A stretch of 48,290 bases of DNA. It comes from Oceanospirillales bacterium LUC14_002_19_P2 (GTDB lineage: Bacteria > Pseudomonadota > Gammaproteobacteria > Pseudomonadales > Endozoicomonadaceae). Shown in pieces: positions 7,681-19,234 of the stretch (position 1 is its first letter; each line of letters starts with the position of its first letter). The notes beneath the pieces were generated by a model. It ran no database searches. It was not told where the DNA came from and worked only from the letters and a program-made list of their open reading frames with translations. The position numbers and the translations under genes were made by a program. Location: contig MUIA01000174.1 in NCBI GenBank assembly GCA_002084115.1, forward strand, positions 1 to 48,290, written 5' to 3'.

Positions 7681-10525
7681 ACGGATTCTGTGCATAAAAT
7701 TGTCGGATACGCGCCGCTGATGAAGGTATCGTTTCAAATCCTTCTCTAGCCGCATCCGCATCAGTTAAATGGTCCGTATTATCAATTGCATCATCGACTT
7801 CTTCTGAATCAGACATATATCGTTGAGGTCGGGGCCTAAATCGTGTTATGTCGCTATCCGTAGGATCAACCTGAAACGCTTGGCCAGTCTCCTGCTTATA
7901 ATCCGCAAGTAGTGTACGCAATCTTTCCGTATACCCCTCCAGGCGCCTATTCCTTGCATCTTCAGCCATTTCAGAGCGACACCTATAGTAGTTTTGATCG
8001 AGACCAGCAAGCGGATTCGAGTTGTATAAACAATCATCCCATTTACGTAGACAAATCCAGCAAAAATCTGCCGTACATAATCTACACTCCACATGATTAC
8101 AGCCGCCGGCACGATGAAGTATACCGTCGCAGGTATTCCCCGGACACAATCTATACTTCTCGGGGTTATCAATAACGCCCCGTAACCTGTTGATCTCTCC
8201 TTCAAGTATCAGTTTTCTGCTGAGAGGGCAATTATGATTTGGCTGCCAGATTTCGCTACATCTCACACAAAGCTCCCTTGGCTCCTCGTCAGAATGAGGC
8301 TGCATACACGTCACAACAGAGCCAATAGGATTTTCCACTATCATGTGAGTTTGACAGTCAGGACACTGGAGAACACTGACATTCGCGCCTGTGTCTATCG
8401 ATCTCAGCGTGAAGCCAAAGAGGGCACTTTTATTCTCCTCAGTCAAATAGCGTTCATAATCCTGCATATCAATACGTCCATCACAGTATGGACACCACAC
8501 CGTATTGTTATGATTTACAAAATCTTGGAAATGCTCCTCTACCAACCAAGCTGAAGCATTATTATTCAAACAGGGTACACAGTAGAATTTCGGCTCTTCT
8601 GATCCCTCGCTACAACAAGGCAGAGGCAGCTCCGGAAATGCTACAGGAGATTGTTCCGGATGATCGGGGTCTGGCTGATCATCCGTGCCGCAAGACATAC
8701 ACACTCGTGGAGCTCGTACTGCGGCTTCAGTGCTTGGCGCAGCGGTCTCCACTGTCGGTTCGGTTTCACGGGGTTCAGCGTCTCCACCTGCCGGTATCGA
8801 TGATGATCGATGGGCAGTTGCCGGGTTCAGTTCACGGGCCATACTCAAAGACAGCATCATGTCATAGGCAATAGACTGCCGCGTTGCCCCCCTAGCGATA
8901 TAAGACTGACTCAGGCTTGCAAACGGACTACGCTTCTCATCAGCCATGGAAGATTCCTCAAGGTCTCTATCTGGGGGTACCTCCCCTTCCTGCCAATCAC
9001 TAGGATAAATGGCATCAGCCGAATCTGGATAAATGACCCCCAGCGCATATGCTCTTGCTAAGTGCTTATTCTGTTGATGATAGAAAGCACGCTTCAATAT
9101 TGTGTATGCCCTATCACCCGTCCGATAACGCTGACAATAGCCCATTGCTTCGTTAAATTTACGGTTAACCAACAACCGCGCCAAATGAACCCCTTGCGAT
9201 ACGTCTTCCTCATCCCCCGGCGGCTGTATAGACCTTAAGCTCGCCTCAGCAGAATTTCCCTGTGAACCTTCTCGCAGCGTTGTCACAATACGCGTTAGAT
9301 CACGCGGCCGCAAATTGAGCGCTTGTCGATATATTAATTCGGGGCCTCGGTCTAATTCAGGGCCATGACCTCTTTCCTCCGGAGCGCGTACTCTTGGCCG
9401 GGCTCCTCCCCAGTCATCTCTCGTAGCCTCTTGCCTACCACCTTCAGCAGCAGCTTGAGCTTCATTATCCTGCAGGCTTTCTTCACTGATGGATGAATCT
9501 GCACTACGACTTCTTCGCCTCACTCTCTCTGGTAGCGTATGGTCTTGAAAACCTAACTCGGCCAAATAGGCTACGGCATAGGCCTGTAAAAAGTCCCGGT
9601 CATCGCTTCGAGCAGTGCTGAGTAATTGTGACATTTTTATTAAGATATCTTGAGAATCCTCTGTTTCGTCTACCAAGACCGTATCGGCAGTATCGTACGT
9701 TATCCCCTCAAGACCAGACCTTGAGAACAACAGATTCGCACGATTCCAATCAGAGTCCCTAATTGCTTGCGCTAAAGCCACTCTGGCTTCATGCCCACTT
9801 AATCTGCGATCGGCATCTCTAATACCAACCGCCTCCCCGTGGGCAACTTCCTTGGCGTCCAGAAAGGCCCTCACCTCATCAGGAGCAGTGTAACCTGTTG
9901 CACCGAGTAATGAATCCCTGTCTGTGCCAGGCAAGGAGGCTTCATCAACACCTGAGGCGGGACGTCGAGAGATAACAGTATGCCGGCTGGAAGCGGCAGT
10001 ATGTATTGAGCCTGTTTCATCCTGGTCTGTAGCATCACCTTCCGAATCATCTTCAAACTGTGCGTCTAGATAATCATAGGCTTCCCGTTCTATTTGCCCA
10101 TGATCACCACCCACTATGGCTGTATAAAGCCCATTATCAGGAGTCTGATGTTCATAATCTTGAACATCACGCCTGGCCAAAATTTGATTCGCTTCCTCCA
10201 CTGTTATGTTCGGATTCTGTAACGCGCGTTTTGCAAGTACAACAACCGCGTCCCTTTCGTCCAACACTTCAGCCTCAAGAAGCAGTTGGTCTATATCACC
10301 ACGAGAGATTGCTGGCGCAGCAGGGATAAGCGGGGCAGCATGTTGCTGAACCGTGACTTGCCGATTACGACACGGGATACAGCAACATAAATTGTCCCAG
10401 AGTGCCTTAAAACAGTTGGCAATGCCGCGGCAAATTGCTTTGCAACATCTGATCAAACAATTCTGTTGTTGAGGCGGTTGTTGCCCCTGTAGTGTTTGAA
10501 CCTGCGGATTAATTGTTATTGCCAT
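7679..10525 (-). CDS. Eukaryote-like RBR (RING1-IBR-RING2) E3 ubiquitin ligase domain protein; candidate secreted effector
   Basis: 948-aa ORF with RBS AAGGA. RING1: CMSC..LPCC..CVPC..CPYC. IBR: CPDC..C..H..CVRC..H.C. RING2: CPGNTC-x9-C-x-H-x2-C-x2-C-x4-C-x2-C (GGCNHVECRLCTADFCWIC). Confidence 0.88.
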   Translation of the reverse strand: MAITINPQVQTLQGQQPPQQQNCLIRCCKAICRGIANCFKALWDNLCCCIPCRNRQVTVQQHAAPLIPAAPAISRGDIDQLLLEAEVLDERDAVVVLAKRALQNPNITVEEANQILARRDVQDYEHQTPDNGLYTAIVGGDHGQIEREAYDYLDAQFEDDSEGDATDQDETGSIHTAASSRHTVISRRPASGVDEASLPGTDRDSLLGATGYTAPDEVRAFLDAKEVAHGEAVGIRDADRRLSGHEARVALAQAIRDSDWNRANLLFSRSGLEGITYDTADTVLVDETEDSQDILIKMSQLLSTARSDDRDFLQAYAVAYLAELGFQDHTLPERVRRRSRSADSSISEESLQDNEAQAAAEGGRQEATRDDWGGARPRVRAPEERGHGPELDRGPELIYRQALNLRPRDLTRIVTTLREGSQGNSAEASLRSIQPPGDEEDVSQGVHLARLLVNRKFNEAMGYCQRYRTGDRAYTILKRAFYHQQNKHLARAYALGVIYPDSADAIYPSDWQEGEVPPDRDLEESSMADEKRSPFASLSQSYIARGATRQSIAYDMMLSLSMARELNPATAHRSSSIPAGGDAEPRETEPTVETAAPSTEAAVRAPRVCMSCGTDDQPDPDHPEQSPVAFPELPLPCCSEGSEEPKFYCVPCLNNNASAWLVEEHFQDFVNHNNTVWCPYCDGRIDMQDYERYLTEENKSALFGFTLRSIDTGANVSVLQCPDCQTHMIVENPIGSVVTCMQPHSDEEPRELCVRCSEIWQPNHNCPLSRKLILEGEINRLRGVIDNPEKYRLCPGNTCDGILHRAGGCNHVECRLCTADFCWICLRKWDDCLYNSNPLAGLDQNYYRCRSEMAEDARNRRLEGYTERLRTLLADYKQETGQAFQVDPTDSDITRFRPRPQRYMSDSEEVDDAIDNTDHLTDADAAREGFETIPSSAARIRQFYAQNP

Positions 10526-11025
10526 TACTAATAATTCCTTTTTATCCAGAGACTAAGTCGAAAGCGAAGTAACAACTTTTCATTAACAACACCACAAATA
10601 TCCTCTGAAACCACTGAGCAACATGTCAGAATAGCTAACAATAAAAATTAATACTTAAATATCAATACGTTAAAAAACGCCAATTGCATATTAATTGCCC
10701 CATGGCTTATACCAACCTCTTTAAGGGGACATATATGAGATATGGTTAGAGCACAATCTCATCAAACTTTAGTCGTATCACCTGTTTCAGACATTGACTA
10801 CTCTGATAAATTCCACAGGGTAAGCTCATCGCCAAAGAGAAACGCCAATATCTCTTAAGCCGGACCCCAAGCAACGGCCATACACTTCGCCTTCCACCAC
10901 AAATCTGCGACAAATGCCTAATTACATAGGGATTGATTTCATACCATCATTGGACCCAGGTACACGCCTGCACCACAGGGTGATAACCAAAACACAATCC
11001 GTACAGTATCGGAGCACCAAGGTTC

Positions 11026-12546
<1,521 letters not shown>

Positions 12547-12557
12547 GCCCTGCCAAA

Positions 12558-12580
12558 CCCGGCTGGTTACTCCAGCCGGG
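12558..12580 (+). terminator. GC-rich hairpin downstream of aldB
   Basis: CCCGGCTGG / CCAGCCGGG 9-bp stem with a 5-nt loop. No strong T-tract. Confidence 0.5.
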
Positions 12581-12681
12581 ACTCTAGATGTCAGTAAAAC
12601 TGACTACCGCCGACAGCACCCACATTCCATTGCCTGTCATGCTATGATGCCGCCGTTTGATGAGAAGCTAAGGCATCATAA

Positions 12682-13314
12682 ATGAACAAGGAAAAACGCA
12701 GACTGATCTTTGAACGTCTACGTGAGAATAATCCACATCCTACCACCGAGCTGGAATACACGACGCCGTTTGAACTGCTGATCGCCGTGATCCTGTCGGC
12801 CCAGGCCACCGATGTAGGCGTTAACAAGGCAACCCGTAAACTCTATCCCGTGGCGAATACACCGGAAGCTATCTATGCCCTCGGGGTTGACGGTCTGAAG
12901 GAGTACATAAAAACCATTGGCCTGTTTAACAGCAAGGCAGAGAATGTCATCAAAACCTGCCGGATGTTGATCGACAAACATAACAGCGTCGTTCCGAATA
13001 ACCGGGAGGACCTGGAAGCACTCCCGGGTGTTGGCCGCAAAACCGCCAATGTCATCCTCAATACCGCCTTTGGTCAGCCGGCCATGGCGGTGGATACCCA
13101 TATATTCCGGGTTTCCAACCGCACGGGTATCGCACCGGGCAAAAATGTGCTGGACGTTGAAAAACGTTTGCTCCGACTGGTTCCAAAGGAATTCCTGATT
13201 GATGCACATCACTGGCTGATTCTGCATGGCCGTTACGTCTGCAAGGCCCGCAAGCCCCAGTGTGGTTCCTGCATCATTGAGGATCTGTGTGAATACCGGG
13301 ACAAAACAGAATAA
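12682..13314 (+). CDS. nth: Endonuclease III
   Basis: LLIAVILSAQATD, HhH motif LPGVGRKTANV, VDTH, 4Fe-4S motif C-x6-C-x2-C-x5-C. Confidence 0.98.
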   Translation: MNKEKRRLIFERLRENNPHPTTELEYTTPFELLIAVILSAQATDVGVNKATRKLYPVANTPEAIYALGVDGLKEYIKTIGLFNSKAENVIKTCRMLIDKHNSVVPNNREDLEALPGVGRKTANVILNTAFGQPAMAVDTHIFRVSNRTGIAPGKNVLDVEKRLLRLVPKEFLIDAHHWLILHGRYVCKARKPQCGSCIIEDLCEYRDKTE

Positions 13315-13401
13315 TGGTGCATGGTTGGCTGCCGTCGTTTGGTAGCGCCACTGACCGGTTTGAAAGGAACGACAACACATAGGGCGGAAACATTCTGCTA
13401 A

Positions 13402-14583
<1,182 letters not shown>

Positions 14584-14739
14584 TAGCCCTGTATTACCTG
14601 CCACCGGGGTCATGGATGATCCCGTTACAGAATTGCTGTCTGCCACCCTCCAAGCTCTGATACAATTTCAGCCTTTCATACATCCATCTCCGGTAAGCGG
14701 CCTTTCACCCTTACCCTCTCAGCCTGCAGTTAACCTCCA

Positions 14740-15597
14740 ATGACATCAGTCTCCCAACCCCTCTTTACCCGAGACATACTTTGTTGCCCTGTTTGCCATG
14801 CGCCATTGGCGGTGTCCGGTACTGGTATGGAATGCGCCTCACGACACCGTTTCGACTTCGCCCGCCAAGGCTACCTGAATCTGTTGCTCAGTCATAAGAT
14901 GAACAGCCGACAGCCTGGCGATAACCAGGACATGGTGGCAGCTCGTACCCGATTTCTGGACGCAGGCCACTACCAGTCAGTCAGCGATTCCGTCGCACAA
15001 GCCGCAACCCAGCTGCTCACTGATAAGGAGTCGCCCGTCATTCTGGATGCCGGCTGTGGCGAAGGCTATTACACCCACCAGCTGAAAACTGCCCTGCCCA
15101 ACGCCGACGTGTATGCACTGGATATCTCCAAGCCTGCCATACGGGCCTGCTGTCGACGCAGCCGTGCCATTCACTGGCTGATTGGTAGTGTGGCTGACCT
15201 GCCACTTGCGGATATCAGTACTGATCTGGTGGTCAGCATCTTTTCGCGGATTGACTGGGAAACATTTTCCCGGGTGCTCAAGCCCTCAGGCCACTTGATT
15301 ATCCTGGCACCTGGCACGAATCATTTGATGTCACTTCGGGAAGCGATCTATGAGGAAGTACGCAGCTACCCGGTAGGCAAAATCCTGAACAGCATGCCCA
15401 AAACATTCAGTGTCATCAGCGAACACACCATTCAGGCGGATTTTTGCCTCAACAATGCAGCAAAGATCCGTGATCTGCTGGCCATGACGCCCCATAACTG
15501 GCATATTAGCGCCGCCCAGCGCCAGCGACTGGATGCATTGCACCAGCTCCAGTGCACGGCCGAAATCAAACGCTACATCCTGCAACTGACACCGTAG
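14740..15597 (+). CDS. rlmA: 23S rRNA m1G745 methyltransferase-like (RlmA/RrmA)
   Basis: N-terminal Zn ribbon CPVC..C...H.FD, GYLNLL, LDAGCGEGYY, LAMTP. Adjacent to dapE as in pseudomonads. Confidence 0.8.
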   Translation: MTSVSQPLFTRDILCCPVCHAPLAVSGTGMECASRHRFDFARQGYLNLLLSHKMNSRQPGDNQDMVAARTRFLDAGHYQSVSDSVAQAATQLLTDKESPVILDAGCGEGYYTHQLKTALPNADVYALDISKPAIRACCRRSRAIHWLIGSVADLPLADISTDLVVSIFSRIDWETFSRVLKPSGHLIILAPGTNHLMSLREAIYEEVRSYPVGKILNSMPKTFSVISEHTIQADFCLNNAAKIRDLLAMTPHNWHISAAQRQRLDALHQLQCTAEIKRYILQLTP

Positions 15598-15647
15598 CCC
15601 GGCTTGCACACCGGCCTTTCGCCGACCAGCCCACAGAGACATCAATC

Positions 15648-16025
15648 ATGCAGCAGCCCGATATTGAAATTTACGTCAAGCGCACGCCGATCGACGCCAT
15701 CCTTTCCTGGCTGGAAACCTGTGCCGACTACATGTCGGATGTCACGCAACAGGGGCGCAGTCATTCACTGAGCCTGACACTCAATGGCCAGACGATCCCC
15801 GTCACCGTTGTCGAAGATGCGGCCGGCAAAGCCTGGACCAGTATCTGGCTCAACTCACCAAACACACCCTGGGAAAACGATGTCGATTGTGCCCGCGCCT
15901 GCCATACTGCGCTGAACTGCCAGATCCGTTGCAATGGTGCCTTCTGGCAGGAAGAGAGCGCCAACATGGATGAATGGTGGCAGATCGCCGAGAACGGCGA
16001 AGAGCGACTCATTGAATGGGCATAA
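15648..16025 (+). CDS. Conserved hypothetical protein
   Basis: MQQPDIEIY..SIWLNS..TPWEND.DCAR..RC...W. Resembles the small hypothetical protein found next to dapE-rlmA in pseudomonads. Start taken at ATG 15648. Confidence 0.75.
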   Translation: MQQPDIEIYVKRTPIDAILSWLETCADYMSDVTQQGRSHSLSLTLNGQTIPVTVVEDAAGKAWTSIWLNSPNTPWENDVDCARACHTALNCQIRCNGAFWQEESANMDEWWQIAENGEERLIEWA

Positions 16026-16168
16026 TCTATGAAACAACTGTCTGGTATCAACGCCCGGTGGTTGAATAGCGCCCCTTGAGCCTGCTCTCTGTGAGTGCAG
16101 GCATGGAACCGGGTTTTCGGAGCTATACAGCCAGTTTCATCACCATGTCACCGAATCTGCAGACTTTT

Positions 16169-18634
16169 ATGGATAAACCGATCCAACTCAGCCGCTTCCT
16201 GTTCAACCTGCTGCGGCGGCTTATGTTTTTCTGGGTCAGGACCCGGGTACAGAATAACACCACTGACGCGCTCGGGCTCGACACTGAAAAACCTGTCATC
16301 TATGTACTGCAAAGCCGTTCATTGTCTGACCTGCTGGTGCTGGACCGCGAATGCCAGAAAGCCGGCCTGCCCTGCCCTTATGCACCACTGACAGGCCAGG
16401 CGATCAGTGAAAAGCACGCCTATTTTTTCCTTGCCCGTCCGGAAGGCCTGTTTCTGACACGAGAGCGAATGTACCACTCCGACCGGCTGGTGCGACTGGT
16501 TAACGCGGTTGAAGCCAACCAGAACCAGGATGTACAGATTGTGCCGGTCAGCGTGTTCTGGGGCCGGGCACCGGATAAGGAAGACTCCCCACTGAAACTG
16601 CTGTTTGCCTGGAACTACAACGTTGGCAGCCGGTTCCGTAAATTCCTGGCGATCCTGATGCATGGCCGCCAGACACTGGTGAACTTCAGCCCGGCGTTGT
16701 CACTGCGAGAAATTGTGGATGAAGGGCAGGACCACAACCGGACGCTTCGCAAGATTGGTCGTATTCTCCGTGTCCATTTCCGGCAAACACGAGCCTCCGT
16801 ACTGGGGCCTGACCTGTCCCATCGACGCACCCTGGTCAACAGTATCATTGGCTCCGATAGCGTCCGCAAAGCCATCACCGAGCAGGCGGAAACCCGCAAC
16901 ATTCCCCTTGAAAAAGCCGAAGCCAAGGCCCGGGATTATGCCCGCGAGATTGTCTCCGATTTCAGCTATTCCGCCATCCGGTTCCTGGATATCCTGCTGA
17001 CCTGGTTCTGGAACAAGATCTACAACGGTGTGGACGTTAATCACATCGAACCCGTTCGTGACCTTGCGGGCAGCCATGAACTGATTTATGTCCCCTGCCA
17101 CCGCAGTCACATCGACTACCTGCTATTGTCCTATGTTCTGTATCACAAAGGTCTGCAGCCACCGCATATTGCTGCGGGCATAAACCTGAACATGCCGCTG
17201 GTCGGCTCCCTGCTGCGTCGTTCCGGTGCGTTCTTTATGCGTCGAAGCTTCAAGGACAACCCGCTCTATACTGCGGTATTCCACGAATACCTGCACACCC
17301 TCTTCACCCGGGGTTTTCCAACGGAATACTTTGTCGAGGGTGGCCGCTCTCGGACTGGGCGAACCTTGCGCCCCAAGACCGGCATGCTGTCGATTACCCT
17401 GCGCAGCTTCCTGCGTGACAGCCGCAAACCGATCGCCTTTATCCCGGTCTATATCGGCTATGAGAAGCTGTTGGAAGTGAACACCTACCTGGGTGAGCTT
17501 CATGGCAAAACGAAGAAAAAAGAATCACCACTGGACATTATCCGTACCGTCGCAGGTCTGAAAAACAGCTTCGGTCATGCTTATGTCAACTTTGGCGAAC
17601 CGATTTTGCTCGATCAGTTCCTCAATCAGACGCAACCTGCCTGGCAAGCACAGGAATACGGTGACAATCCCCGCCCTGCCTGGCTGTGGGAAACAACCAA
17701 CCAGCTCGGCACACTGATTGCCAGCCGAATCAACAGTGCTGCAGCCATCAACCCGGTCAACCTGGTGGCCATGGTACTGCTGAGTTCACCCCGTCATGCG
17801 CTGGGTGAAGAAGAGCTGATCATCCAGCTGGAAGCCTGCCAGGAGCTGCTCGCCAAGGTTCCCTACAACAGCCATACCACCCAACCCACCAGCATGTCCG
17901 GCCAGGATATGATCCGTTATGTCGAATACATGAAAATGGTGTACCGGCAGACCGACAGCCTGGGTGACATCATCCGGATGGACGACCGTAATGCGGTTCT
18001 GATGACCTATTACCGCAACAATATCCTGCATCTGTTTGCCATTCCCTCGCTGATCAGCCGGATGTTTGCCAACAGCCACGCCATTGAGCAACAGGAAGTC
18101 ATCAACTTCTGCCGAATTCTGTATCCCTACCTGAAATCCGAGCTATTCCTTCAGTGGGAGATTGAAGCGCTAGACGACATTGTTGATCACTGGCTATCTG
18201 CCATGGCGGAAGCCGGCCTGCTGACGGTGGACGGTACACTGCTGCGACGTCCTGAATCCGGTAGCACCGGTTTCATTACGCTGACCATCCTGTCGCGTCC
18301 GATCCAGCAGGCGCTTGAGCGTTTCTATGTTGTGATCAGCCTGATGCTGCGTAACGGGTCAGGTGAAGTCGATGCGGAGTCTCTGGAAGGCCAGAGCCGG
18401 GATATGGCACAACGGCTGTCCATTATTCACGGCCTCAATGCGCCGGAATTCTTTGATAAAACGCTGTTCCGGCATTTTATCGAGGAATTGCAAACCAATG
18501 GTGTTGTTCGCATTAATGCAGATAACAAGCTGGAGTTTGGCGAGGAGATTGCCGTGGTTGCACGTGACGCCCGTCGGGTGCTACCCAGTGAAATCCGTCA
18601 CAGTATTCTTCAGGTGACCCACGCAGGTAGCTAA
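16169..18634 (+). CDS. plsB: Glycerol-3-phosphate O-acyltransferase
   Basis: HRSHIDY (HX4D), GAFFMRR, FVEGGRSRTG, PEFFDK. Start uncertain (16145 or 16169). Confidence 0.96.
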   Translation: MDKPIQLSRFLFNLLRRLMFFWVRTRVQNNTTDALGLDTEKPVIYVLQSRSLSDLLVLDRECQKAGLPCPYAPLTGQAISEKHAYFFLARPEGLFLTRERMYHSDRLVRLVNAVEANQNQDVQIVPVSVFWGRAPDKEDSPLKLLFAWNYNVGSRFRKFLAILMHGRQTLVNFSPALSLREIVDEGQDHNRTLRKIGRILRVHFRQTRASVLGPDLSHRRTLVNSIIGSDSVRKAITEQAETRNIPLEKAEAKARDYAREIVSDFSYSAIRFLDILLTWFWNKIYNGVDVNHIEPVRDLAGSHELIYVPCHRSHIDYLLLSYVLYHKGLQPPHIAAGINLNMPLVGSLLRRSGAFFMRRSFKDNPLYTAVFHEYLHTLFTRGFPTEYFVEGGRSRTGRTLRPKTGMLSITLRSFLRDSRKPIAFIPVYIGYEKLLEVNTYLGELHGKTKKKESPLDIIRTVAGLKNSFGHAYVNFGEPILLDQFLNQTQPAWQAQEYGDNPRPAWLWETTNQLGTLIASRINSAAAINPVNLVAMVLLSSPRHALGEEELIIQLEACQELLAKVPYNSHTTQPTSMSGQDMIRYVEYMKMVYRQTDSLGDIIRMDDRNAVLMTYYRNNILHLFAIPSLISRMFANSHAIEQQEVINFCRILYPYLKSELFLQWEIEALDDIVDHWLSAMAEAGLLTVDGTLLRRPESGSTGFITLTILSRPIQQALERFYVVISLMLRNGSGEVDAESLEGQSRDMAQRLSIIHGLNAPEFFDKTLFRHFIEELQTNGVVRINADNKLEFGEEIAVVARDARRVLPSEIRHSILQVTHAGS

Positions 18635-18664
18635 CCTGCGCTCTTTTATGTGGCGGTCGAGACA

Positions 18665-19234
18665 TTAGCGTCGATGACGCCGCCACTTCACCTTGTCAAT
18701 GGCTTCATCCCAGACTCCTTGGGTAATACCGGGATAAACCCGCTCAAGGTCACTGATCGCACTGTGGCTGTAGACCTTGTGATCCAGGATATAGCCCTTA
18801 TCAGATTTTTCAGGCTCCGCTGTCTTTTTCTTCTTAGCGGTTCTGATGATATCCTCGGCAGTCTTCAGAAACTTATCGTCCTGATACGGGCGCGTCATAA
18901 AGTGTATGGCATCCGATTGATGGGTATCGTGTGCAACCGCTTTCATATCACTGAAGCTACTGAGCACCAGCCCAGCCAACCCCGGCTTTATTCCCTGCAT
19001 TTCCTGAATCAGCATGACACCATTCTTATCCTTAAGACGGTAACCACTCACCACCAGGTCAAACACCTGCCGTTTCACCTGCGCCAATGCATCCCGCCAG
19101 GTCAGGGCCACTTCACAGCCATAACCCCGGGATGACAGCAGATTGCGCAACGTCTCTACCGGTTTGGGATTTTCATCGACCAGCAGCACACGATAACGAT
19201 AATTGCGACTACTCATGTTCGCCCCCGACATCAT
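18665..19234 (-). CDS. Receiver-domain protein with a degenerate phospho-site and short C-terminal tail
   Basis: VLLVDE..., DLVVSGYRL (Gly at the phospho-Asp position), TRPY (Arg for Lys). ATGA overlap with the wspR stop. Confidence 0.85.
   Translation of the reverse strand: MMSGANMSSRNYRYRVLLVDENPKPVETLRNLLSSRGYGCEVALTWRDALAQVKRQVFDLVVSGYRLKDKNGVMLIQEMQGIKPGLAGLVLSSFSDMKAVAHDTHQSDAIHFMTRPYQDDKFLKTAEDIIRTAKKKKTAEPEKSDKGYILDHKVYSHSAISDLERVYPGITQGVWDEAIDKVKWRRHRR

Noticed and set aside
9392..9412. GGARPR in the RBR protein resembling the HipA-kinase GGARPK motif
   Set aside because: Sits in a disordered linker with no other kinase motifs.
10548..10557. AGAGACTAAG identical to 119-128 at the IS junction
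   Set aside because: A 10-bp match is expected by chance in 48 kb; no other IS traces here.
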